A stretch of DNA of 28,113 bases from Tubiluchus corallicola (lineage: Eukaryota; Animalia; Priapulida), in NCBI GenBank assembly GCA_030141605.1, contig JAQGDQ010001716.1, forward strand, positions 1 through 28,113, read 5' to 3'. This document shows positions 10,310 through 20,131 of this stretch, piece after piece. The translations under genes and the position numbers were made by a program. Below the pieces are notes generated by a model. It made no database searches, was not told the origin of the DNA, and was given only the letters and a program-made list of their open reading frames with translations. Every line of letters begins with the position of its first letter. The stretch's first letter is position 1.

Positions 10310-11108
10310 GCGACGACGACAACAACAACAACAACAGTAACAGCTGGCAGTAGCGGTAACGACAACGACAAGGTCAACGCCATCTCCGCGTCATGAGGCT
10401 CATGAAAACACATGAATTCAACAGCAAGTCGAAGACTGAAAAGCATCAAACTTGTAAGTGCAGACATTGACGTCTCAGAGTCGTAACAATTCTTTCTGAA
10501 CGTGTATGGGAGAAATTTATTGCTTCAAAAATGTCCTGACGTACTTGTTGCGAATACGAATGGCTGCCTTCGTGAGAAATTTTAAATCTTGTTACCACAA
10601 GTAAAGCCGATTACAGTCGCAAAGAAACTGGCAGAGGCGATAATTTCTCCTGAATGGCTTTTCATTTTAATTAATTTCTTACTGATGAAGTTAAGTTTTA
10701 CAATATGATGCTAAGAACACTGTTTCTCTAGCTTATTAACAATATGACTTTTATTTCAAAAATTTATCAATATCTATTTGGCTTGCGGCTATTTTGAGGC
10801 GCAGGTCTAAAAGATTCGTCTGGTGGTGTTGTTGTTGTTGTTGGTGTTGCTGTTGCTGTTGTCGTCGTCGCTGTTGCTGTTGCTGTCGTTGTTGTCGGGT
10901 CGTCGTTATCGTCGTCGTTGCTGTCGCTGCAGCTACTGCTATTGATGCTGCTGTTGTTGGTGGTGTTGCTGTTGCTGTCGTTGTTGTCGGGTCGTCGTTA
11001 TCGTCGTCGTTGCTGTCGCTGCAGCTACTGCTATTGATGCTGCTGTTGTTGTTGGTGTTATTGAAACGCAGTTATTGAAAGAGTTATGATTGTACCGATG
11101 TAACTATA
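9694..11108. mobile_element. Foldback-like element with long inverted arms built from CAA/CAG/CGA triplet modules
   Basis: Outer ends TTACATCGGTATAATTATAACTCTTTC (9702-9728) and GAAAGAGTTATGATTGTACCGATGTAA (11077-11103) are reverse complements with 2 mismatches; 9765-9905 mirrors 10810-11055 including non-repetitive CACCAGACGAAT; no TSD or transposase seen. Confidence 0.65.
9880..10345. repeat. 225-bp tandem duplication (2 copies) followed by (CAA)n
   Basis: AGACGAAT.TTGGGACTGCAGTAAGAATG...GGAGCAACACAACAAGT starts at 9894 and again at 10119; pure (CAA)n ~10264-10308. Confidence 0.93.
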
Positions 11109-11398
11109 AAGTGTCGAAGCCTTCTGCAAAAGATCGCTCTCTAGCCCGCATGGAAATGGTTGGACAGGGACACGGAGTAAACAAAATGGTTTACAGATGT
11201 ATAATTCTTGAATCTATTTTGTAGTACAAGTGTATCACTAATTTTAAATCCTGGATTTGCCATCATGAATTTTAACTTTAACCATTAAAATGATAATGAT
11301 TTCGCTTTTGATTGAATGCTAAAATTTCAATTTAGTGGCATCGTGAGACCTAGTTGTTTATAGCCTGACAAGAATAAGAAGAGTCAGTTAGGAATATA

Positions 11399-11468
11399 TA
11401 GTCAACCCTCGTTAAACCGGAACAACCCCCCCCCCCCCCAATTAGTCCGGTTTAACGAGGGTTTACTG
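11399..11468. mobile_element. 70-bp pogo/Tigger-type (Tc1/mariner superfamily) mini-MITE
   Basis: 23-bp TIR (T/C)AGT(C/A)AACCCTCGTTAAACCGGA with 2 mismatches; TA on both sides (11397-11398, 11469-11470); 24-bp spacer with poly-C. Confidence 0.9.
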
Positions 11469-11621
11469 TATAACGAAGAAAACTCTTGAATGAAGTTCAA
11501 CGTTCTCAAACTGTAACAGGTGTAAGACACCTGTTGTCTTTGGCATCGTGAAGAATTAATGCACTTCCAGTTAGATTCCCGTTTAGGTATATATATATAT
11601 ATATTCTATTAGTTCTATTAT

Positions 11622-11730
11622 TATATATATAATATCTTTATTTGCGATAAAAAATAATGATTATAAACATTATGCAATGCATTAATATCATTCAGTGTAC
11701 CTAGTTAAAGATTTACACTATTAGCTGGCA
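11622..11730 (-). mobile_element. Short retroposon 3' end with AATAAA and (TA)n tail, copy 1 (copy 2 at ~12745-12861)
   Basis: TAATATCTTTATTTGC.ATAAAAATAATGATTATAAACATTAT...TTAGCTGGCAA shared by both copies; minus strand ends GCAAATAAAGATATTA(TA)n. Confidence 0.65.
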
Positions 11731-12344
11731 ACACAAAACGCATACTATATATACGTATATATATATATATATAGCATGAGTTTTGTGGTGTTACAATATG
11801 CGTCAAACTTTGGGTTATTACATAATGCGTTTAGGGTGTCTTACATTATGCGTTAATGTAAATCTAAGTCTAAAAATCTAAGTTTTCTAAAACAAACAAA
11901 TAAGTTACGAAGTACATAAGCATTTGCATTTAAGCCCCGGTTTCCACAAACATGTAACAAAAACACAGTACCCCTATGATTGTACCACCTATTCGTACAG
12001 AAAACTAGGTCATTTCATAATAAACATACAAGACGAGGTTTAAGCAGATTGTGAGGGGGTCGGTTACAAACGATAATTGGGTATTTATTAAATGAGCTAC
12101 GCGCAATTTCGCACACATCAGCGGGACGTAAATGTTAGTCAAAGATATCAATACTGAACGTGACAAATAAATATGGGGAGGACAAAACCAATAATTGCAC
12201 AGAGCCAAGCAAAGTGAAGTGTAATGGATGTGTCAATTACTGACAGAATGAAACCGCGAAGTGTTTTATCAATTGGTAAAGGGAAGCCAGAGAGGGAAAT
12301 TATTGCTATAATAAATCTCTGATTTCTTAAATGAACTCCATTAA

Positions 12345-12596
<252 letters not shown>

Positions 12597-12652
12597 GAAG
12601 TCTCAGAAGATTTTGTATCGCAGTGCGTTATTTTTTTACTGGTAGATGACAC

Positions 12653-12687
<35 letters not shown>

Positions 12688-12744
12688 AGATATTATACAC
12701 CACACCACATAAAGATATTATATATATATATATAATATATAATA

Positions 12745-12861
12745 TATATATATATATATATAATATCTTTATTTGCCATAAAAATAATGATTATAAACAT
12801 TATACAATACATTAAAATCATTCAGTGTACCTAGTTAAAGATTTACCCTGTTAGCTGGCAA
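12745..12861 (-). mobile_element. Short retroposon 3' end with AATAAA and (TA)n tail, copy 2
   Basis: Close match to 11622-11730; may extend further right. Confidence 0.65.
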
Positions 12862-13083
12862 ATGCATCAAAGGCTAGAACTAAACTACTAGTGCAATGTA
12901 GTGCATAAAATACAAGCATTTTAAATGAAGATAAAATCGTAGCATACGATAAAATGTATACTATCTTGTCAGTTTGCGATATTCACAATTATTACGAATT
13001 ACCTCACAATGCCAAAGACAAAATCAGAGGCAGTTATATAAAGATTTTACCAGGTCGCCTGTATAACATGTATTTTAAATTAA

Positions 13084-13542
13084 CCCTTTCAGTCCCAAAT
13101 TATTTTTTTAATAAGAAGAATTTTTTTGGTTTGGTACTTTTGTTCAGTATGTCCATCTTGTTTACGCATAATAATTATTTTTTCTACCTGTGCCCGCGTG
13201 CTAAATATAGCCTGTATCCCACGGGATACATTGGGATTCAATGGAAGCATGAAATGTGCTTCATTTTGCAACTGCTGATAATTTTTTAAAGTATTTAAGA
13301 CATTTAGTATGCACGCTATACTGATCTGTACAAAGTCGTCTCTAAAGTACTGTACCTTGCGCAGTTTTTTATGCCATGTAAATTTTCTAGTTTGCCATTT
13401 TATCACCATTTTTAGTCTATTGTTATTGGCTTAAATCAAAATAACTATTAACAGATCAAATAGCTGTCAGTTTTAAAATTTTATTAATTTTAAAGGCAGA
13501 AAATATTCTCGTATCCCACTGGATACAACGGGTATGAAAAGG
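13084..13542. mobile_element. piggyBac-type MITE, 459 bp
   Basis: TTAA at 13080-13083 and 13543-13546; 13-bp imperfect TIR CCCTTTCAGTCCC / GGGTATGAAAAGG; palindromic internal motif GTATCCCAC(G/T)GGATACA at ~13214 and ~13511, asymmetric as for piggyBac subterminal repeats. Confidence 0.85.
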
Positions 13543-14408
13543 TTAAGAAACTTTTCCAAAAACAATGTAACAAAAAATGAGTAAACGATACTTACTATTC
13601 TTATTGTTTGTGTGCGGAACTGAACAATTTGAAAACTTCATTTTATTGGTCAAGAAAGGCCTTCACTGGACACAATGTTCTTCTGCCAACTATAAACTTA
13701 CTTGCACGTTGATGTGGCAACATGGTTTCATTTCACATCACCAAAACGTGACTACAAACACAAGTTTCCTGGTATTGTTACTCTTTAACGGGCTTCCTTT
13801 TCTTCTCTTTTTCAGCATCTCAAAAAACTTTCGACGTTGCAACTTTGCTCGCTGCGAGGTATCGAATGACTCTCACGGCTCATGTACGGCTTCCTCGTGT
13901 ATTATGAATGAATTTCGATTCCGCGTCTCTTGCAGGGCAGCAGTCCTCTAATTGCACAGAGAGGCTACTCAACCGATTATGAATCTAGTTTCATCACCAT
14001 GGGTGTCTGGCTTCTTCCACTAGCTTGTTTTAATTTAGTGACTTCAGGTACTACATGCTGATCAACTTGTGACCTATATTCGGTAATCAGTCATGCCATT
14101 GCATCATTCCAATCCTCAACACAATATGCATTATACAAGATGCAATCGATCATGCCAACTACTTCTAATCATAAATTGATCATTATGACCAGCATATAGA
14201 CAGACCTGTCACAATTCTATCGGGACAGATAGACAGACAGACAAACAGACAGCTTAACACGACAGTTCGGCCATTATTAATCCGTTAGGACAATATTGAT
14301 GGCGTGGTTGTATTCAGCTTTGCATCATGATCGTAATATTGAACGCTGTTTATCATCTGATTAATAGTGTGTGTCAGTGTGTATAATAGGCTTGGTGTAA
14401 AACACCAA

Positions 14409-14820
<412 letters not shown>

Positions 14821-15464
14821 AGTGCACGGATATAAAAACATCATAGCCTGTTTTGTTTTCAGAAAACATTTGTGATTTCACACTTTAACAAATGTTTTGG
14901 TCCATTACCCCTTCTCAAGGTGGTATATGCATTAGAAGCCACAATATATTAGACTGTAGTTCAACAAGCTAGACTACTTTTTCTACTCTGACATTGTATA
15001 GCTGGAACTTGTTAAGTACACACGTCTCTGTTACATTTAAAATTCGACTTACAATTATACTGCTACCTTTTACTGATATTCTGGCTTTTTCTCGACTCAA
15101 TATTGGACCAACAATGTATGTATGCATTTTTAGCTTTTTAGTGTAACGTTAGTAATCTGTAGCACTTATTTTTCTAGCACTTATTTCAGTAGTTTTGTAG
15201 AGGTAGTAATTGTAGACTACAGAAAATTTGTATTTTGCAGAATAAACTAACATAGATATGCGAACGCAACTTTGGTTTGAGCGTATACATTACAGAATGC
15301 ATTTCTAGTGTAAGATGAATGTCCCACGCGCATAGAGTTTTATTTGTCCTCAAATTGAGCCTTTTATTCGATCACCTTAAAGATCATCGACTGAACACGA
15401 AGTCCATTTTACAGTCTTGCAATTTTTTTTTAGTATTAAGTCGGTTTTCAGTCAGTAACCTGAT

Positions 15465-15656
15465 GACAAACAACATGTAACACACTAACGTTAGTGTCTA
15501 ATGAAACATAAGGGCCATCATACACAACTACACCAGGAAAGACAGACAGACAGACAAACAACATGTAACACACTAACGTTAGTGTCTAATGAAACATAAG
15601 GGCCAGCATACACAACTACGCCAGGAAAGACAGACAGACAGACAAACAGACAGACA
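15465..15656. repeat. ~88-bp tandem duplication ending in (GACA)n
   Basis: GACAAACAACATGTAACACACTAACGTTAGTGTCTAATGAAACATAAGGGCCA...CCAGGAAAGACAGACAGACA twice. Confidence 0.93.
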
Positions 15657-15792
15657 ACCGTAACAATCTGCTACAGACGGACTAACTGCTACGGTCATAA
15701 AGTCACATTTAAGATTTATTTTAAAATTCTTCACGTTCATTATCTTTAACAGACAGGATAAAATTTGATGATGATGAGGATGAGGAAGCCAG

Positions 15793-16257
15793 TTTAGAAA
15801 GAAATTAAAAGAACATTGATATAACAGGCTTCAAATTACAAATTATGCATCTGATACTAATTACATCTACATAAAATGATTAAGAATATAAAATTTATGT
15901 AATGTAATGCGTACTATGTTAATTGTGTTATGTCAAATGTATAAACAGTGAAAATGTCTTGTAAAATTTAATGTGAGTTTTTGTAACATTGTTTTGTAAA
16001 TATGTTTTAATATCATGTTTGTAAATATATTCATATATTGTAAATAATTAGACCTTAGTTGAGAGCTATAGATTTTTAGTCTGCACTGGACGCATTGGTC
16101 TTGAACAGTGATGTTATTTTAACATTGTGTGCGTGTGTGTGTGTGTGTGCGCGTGTGTGTGTTTGTGTATATTAATTCTTTATTTGTCATTAAAATATTT
16201 CACTCATTATAATAAAATTTAATGAGTGAATAAAATTTAATAAAATATATATATATG
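15793..16257 (+). mobile_element. CR1/L2-group LINE 3' end, same family as 17966-18520, with rearranged tip and (GT)n
   Basis: 15793-16126 is the diverged reverse complement of ~18046-18418 (e.g. TGCATCTGATACTAATTACA, TGCACTGGACGCATT.GTCTTGAACAGTG); 16172-16219 matches 17983-18029 in direct orientation. Confidence 0.8.
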
Positions 16258-16543
16258 AACAATGCTAACATTGCCCTGTCTGTTGTTTAGAAGCTGTGGT
16301 TAATATATGTCTTGCAGATGCCGCCATGTTATCCCAACTTAACATTAGCAAATTTTAGCCGAACTAACGCAGGACTGATCTTACATTTTGGCTTTGGTAC
16401 GGGGTGGAACCTGAATTCGATCCGGATATGGGCGCCTTCAAGACAATCGAATATAAAAATTACTGTATAACAGGCGCACATGAGATTTATTTAGAAGAAT
16501 TAATTCCTTAATGTACTGCATTCAGTACAATGGGACTATAATG

Positions 16544-17079
16544 GTTAGCATCCTTCTGTCTCGGAAGACAATGGAGTGTGCGCCAAGAGAGTCTGTTATT
16601 GATCACATTGATGGAGCTGCAGTGTCGACTGTGGCTGAGCAGTCCGATCCTTGAACGTCTCCAGTGCGCACGCCTGGGCAAGGTGTATGGAGATCCTGAG
16701 TTGCCCAGACAACAGGAACCCCCTCTCTTCCTCCCTGGTGTAGTCCAAAGGAAAGCGGAGCGATACGTTTGGCATCAGGTTGGCTGCAGGAGCTGCCGGA
16801 GTCAGTGAGCATGCTGCACTGGTCCGCCTTCAGGGCTCCACTCCTGATTTGCAAGGTTTACTCCTCTACACATGGCCGTTGGGTCACTTGACCTCCACCG
16901 CCCTCTAGCCGTTGGCTGCTTGTGCCGCTCCTCCTCGAGATACAGTGTGGGCATCCCGCAAGCCTACAGCACCTGGTATTTATAGGCGGTCACCCGTCCA
17001 ATTACTAACCAGGCTCTACGTTGCTTAACTTCGGTGATCAGACGAGAACCGGTGTTTTCAACGTGATATCGTCATAGGT
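16544..17079 (-). mobile_element. 5S rRNA-derived SINE (SINE3) with RTE-derived body and tail, copy 2
   Basis: Full-length 5S-like head 16962-17079; 16654-16613 translates SRIGLLSHSRHCSS (RTE ORF C-terminal motif); RTE-type 3' end CCATTGTCTTCCGAGACAGAAGGATGC; no clear TSD. Confidence 0.92.
16962..17079 (-). pseudogene. 118-nt 5S rRNA-derived head of SINE copy 2
   Basis: ACCTATGACGATATCACGTTGAAAACACCGGTTCTCGTCTGATCACCGAAGTTAAGCAACGTAGAGCCTGGTTAGTAATTGGACGGGTGACCGCCTATAAATACCAGGTGCTGTAGGC; terminal stem retained, followed by only TT. Confidence 0.93.
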
Positions 17080-17424
17080 AATTTGTCTAATGCTTATAAT
17101 AACATCATTTTGGCAAATCTCATTTTTTCTTTCAGTTCACTATGCCTGTACAATTGCCCACCCAGTGGTTCTACTCTGTTTTGTAACTTAAACAATTTCG
17201 TTACTGTCACACAGTGAACATTTAGTGATTTAGTGTCACCTGTACCCCCAGTACCGCCAAATTCTGTTTATAGAAGAATCTATACCCTCATAGTACCAGT
17301 CTATATATACCCATATATACCCATCTATACCTCAAGCTAGTACCCTCAAGAATCACGATTATAAGGATGAATTTATGAGGTGTTGGATAGTAAGAATCTG
17401 TATCAAGTGTTGGTGGCTTTGGAT

Positions 17425-17560
17425 GCTGGGTGGTGTAGCTCAAATGGTAGCATGCTCGTTTCCTACCTAAGAGGTCGAGGGTTCAACTCCTGACTAAGTC
17501 ATACCAACGACTTAAAACATGGCACCGCTGGTTCTTCGATTAAGCTCGCAGGTAATAATA
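17425..17560 (+). mobile_element. tRNA-derived SINE (head plus start of Meta/MESC-like core), diverged
   Basis: A box TAGCTCAAATGG (17436), B box GGTTCAACTCC (17480), then AGTCATACCAACGACTTAAAACATGG, shared with 19660-19685; acceptor stem does not pair so not a tRNA gene. Confidence 0.8.
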
Positions 17561-17888
17561 AACAGAACATTCTTGGAAATGAGTCTTGTGTTACTTAAGG
17601 CATTATCCTTTTCCTTTTCTCAAAACATGAACGTTCGAAACCAACAATTTAATTAGTTCGATGTCCCTGCATAGATGATATTATGAGTGTCACGTATGTA
17701 GATGCTGATGATACAATATCAGAGGCGCGCAGAACTAATTAGAGTAGCGTGCGGCATTCAAATGATGGCTTCTTTTTACAGACTGTTCAGGTCACGTGAC
17801 TCCTCAATAGGAGACTGAATCATCTCTCGTTCTAAGTGGCACTTATATTTCACTGCTGACTGAATATAAACAAGACTTAGTATTAAGC

Positions 17889-17957
17889 ACAAGTCACACA
17901 TTATGTACAGTAGCAATTATGTACAAGTCACACATTATGTACAGTAGCAATTATGTA
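17889..17957. repeat. 34-bp tandem duplication
   Basis: ACAAGTCACACATTATGTACAGTAGCAATTATGT x2. Confidence 0.92.
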
Positions 17958-17965
17958 AAAAATAC

Positions 17966-18520
17966 TTATATATATATATATATTAATTCTTTATTTGTCA
18001 TAAAAACGGTTCCCTCATTATAATAAAATTGAGTTAGCCTCAGCGTAATGTTAAAATAACAACACTGTTCAAGACAAATGCGTCCAGTGCATACTAAAAA
18101 AACTAAAGTGCAAACTATATACAATATAATGAACATATTTACAAATACCATATTAAAATATTTTCACAGACAATTATAGGAAAGTACATTAAATTTTACA
18201 TTACATAGTGCACACTATTTATACATTTAACATTACGAAACACGAAACTAACATAACACGTATTACATTACATAATTTTTTTAAAAAAAATTCATTTTTA
18301 ATCATTATATGGAGTCAGGGGCGGGGGTAGATGAAAGTGGAGTCCGTGTAATTAGTATCAGATGCACAATGTGGAAGTTGAAACCTGTTATATTGATATT
18401 CTTTTAATTTCTTTTTAAAGTGGTGGAGAGATTCTATTTGTTTTATTTCACTGGGTAGTAAGTTCCATAAATGTATGGCCTGTTTTGATATAGAGGTATT
18501 TCCAAATTTATTGTTTACTT
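17966..18520 (-). mobile_element. 5'-truncated CR1/L2-group LINE: ORF2 C-terminus, 3' UTR, AATAAA and (TA)n tail
   Basis: 18515-18315 minus translates NNKFGNTSISKQAIHLWNLLPSEIKQIESLHHFKKKLKEY..., the LWNxLP...FKKKLK motif of CR1/L2-group ORF2 ends. Confidence 0.88.
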
Positions 18521-18586
18521 AAAACAACTTGGGTGGTTTGAAATTTATAACCTAGAAATTGGTCTCACTAATATCATCTACAGACG

Positions 18587-19104
18587 CCATCTAACTAGCC
18601 AATGGCGAAATGCACGAAGACCAATAATAGATTAAAAACTTAATGGCGGGTGAGCCTAACTAGTTATGACGTCACAAACTAACATAATTTTCAACAGCAA
18701 AACGTATTCAACGAGCGTGTTGCACGTGTTTGCGAAACCAAAAAAAATGAAGTACAGTGCTACTGCAAGATATTCAGTGTGTTGTACTAAAACTAGGCAA
18801 GTTTTAACATAAATATTCAAATTTAAAATTCACCGCCGTGCTCACGCAAGAGCTATCGAACGCGCGCAGTTCGTCATAAACAAACTCATCAGAACTGAGA
18901 GGTACAGCACCTGCTTTTTGTGCAACGCGTTCTCGAAATGCATGTGACAGCGAAGAACAAGTGGTGCGAACGCCAAATTACGTTTCTGTGGTAATAATTC
19001 TTTCACGTAAGTCATTCTTGAAAAACATAGTATGTTTTTTCTATATTTCATAGGGTAGATTGTTTTGAACTAGGTCTATACTTTAAGATGTGTCGGGTTT
19101 TCCT
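18587..19104 (-). mobile_element. Kolobok-like element copy 2, truncated and internally rearranged
   Basis: 18623-19104 aligns with the reverse complement of ~1270-1788; ends TTTTCCT + TTAA (19105-19108); ~39-bp internal deletion at ~18940. Confidence 0.8.
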
Positions 19105-19239
19105 TTAATCTCCTATACGAGATTATGCAATAAAGACTTGCTTTTTGCATGTTCCAAATTTTCGGAATAATGGAAATTTAAGTATTGGACTTTGTATTGT
19201 GTAATATCTGTATGCTTGTAGCATTTGTTAATGTACTGT

Positions 19240-19257
19240 TTCTTTTGGAACACCCTG
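19240..19257. mobile_element. Isolated Tc1/mariner-type terminus
   Basis: TTTTGGAACACCCTG+TA, reverse complement TA CAGGGTGTTCCAAAA, a common mariner-type TIR start; partner end not found. Confidence 0.45.
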
Positions 19258-19608
19258 TACATTCGAAAACAAAAATTAAGTACCGAGTTGGCACATAATA
19301 AATTAAATAATTTTAAATTATATTAAACACACAGATATAATTTACAACAATTTTGAACTAAGCGAACAACAACACAGGGGAATAATTGTGTGTGACATCA
19401 ATACTAATGACCAATCATTCTACTACATTTAGTATAACAACTAGGTTATTCATGTACATTTTTCACAAAAAATGGTGCCGTCGTTCTTTTCAACTTTGTT
19501 TTACGGAAAATCTTATAATGTACTTAAAGTACTTTTAGTACAAAGTTGCTAAAGTTTCCTCATCCACTCTAAGCATCGCACAGAATCCAAGTGCATCCTT
19601 TAAATATC

Positions 19609-19660
<52 letters not shown>

Positions 19661-19758
19661 CATTTTTAAAGTCTTTGGTATGACTCGGCCGCTGGTTCGA
19701 ACTCACGACCTCCCAGGCGGAAAGCAGACTCATTACCTCTAGATTAAACCGTCTGGTC
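19609..19758 (-). mobile_element. Short tRNA-derived SINE: head, ~28 bp of Meta/MESC-like core, (ATT)n tail
   Basis: Minus strand GACCAGACGGTTTAATCTAGAGGTAATG...GAGTTCGAACC...GAGTCATACCAAAGACTTTAAAAATGGT then ~16 ATT units (19609-19658). Confidence 0.82.
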
Positions 19759-20131
19759 GATACAACACGCTGAACCCATTATAGCCTCCGTTTCACGTTT
19801 TTGTTCGAAAAAGATACGCAGCTGCTAGGACAGAGAGAAGTCCCTCTATTCCTAACTTAAAATCTTAATTCGTTTTTGTGCCGAGACACTTTATGTGCCT
19901 ATCAATTACCTGGAGATATCTCTTACGCATGAAATTTCTATTTAAGACAGCAAGCGTTAAAGCACTTTTAGGGTTTAAATCATTAATACGTGATTAAATG
20001 TAACTAAATGACGTATGCATCATAATTAAAATCTGAGAATTTATGCATCAAAATGTTAAATGCAACATTCACGTTTCAAATGATAAAGCAAAGATGTTGG
20101 TTTAAGTTTGCCGGTTTTAAGAATTTACCCA

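Noticed and set aside
9754-11078. Poly-V/C/L/T ORFs
   Set aside because: Arise from triplet-rich inverted arms; no domain or splice support
13577-14030. 124-aa plus ORF and basic minus-strand peptide QRAKLQRRKFFEMLKKRRKGSP
   Set aside because: No recognisable domain, in-frame stops nearby, no clear splice pair; BLASTX and RNA-seq would be needed
15460-15520. Hammerhead ribozyme (CTGATGA...GAAAC); also CTGATGAG on minus strand at ~18887
   Set aside because: Stems I and III cannot be formed convincingly; the second site has GAAC and is not conserved in sister copies
16962-17079. Functional 5S rRNA genes in an rDNA array
   Set aside because: Both copies carry substitutions, lack the oligo-T terminator, are fused to the same RTE-like body and have unrelated flanks
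17425-17495. Functional tRNA gene
   Set aside because: A and B boxes present but acceptor stem does not pair and a SINE core follows
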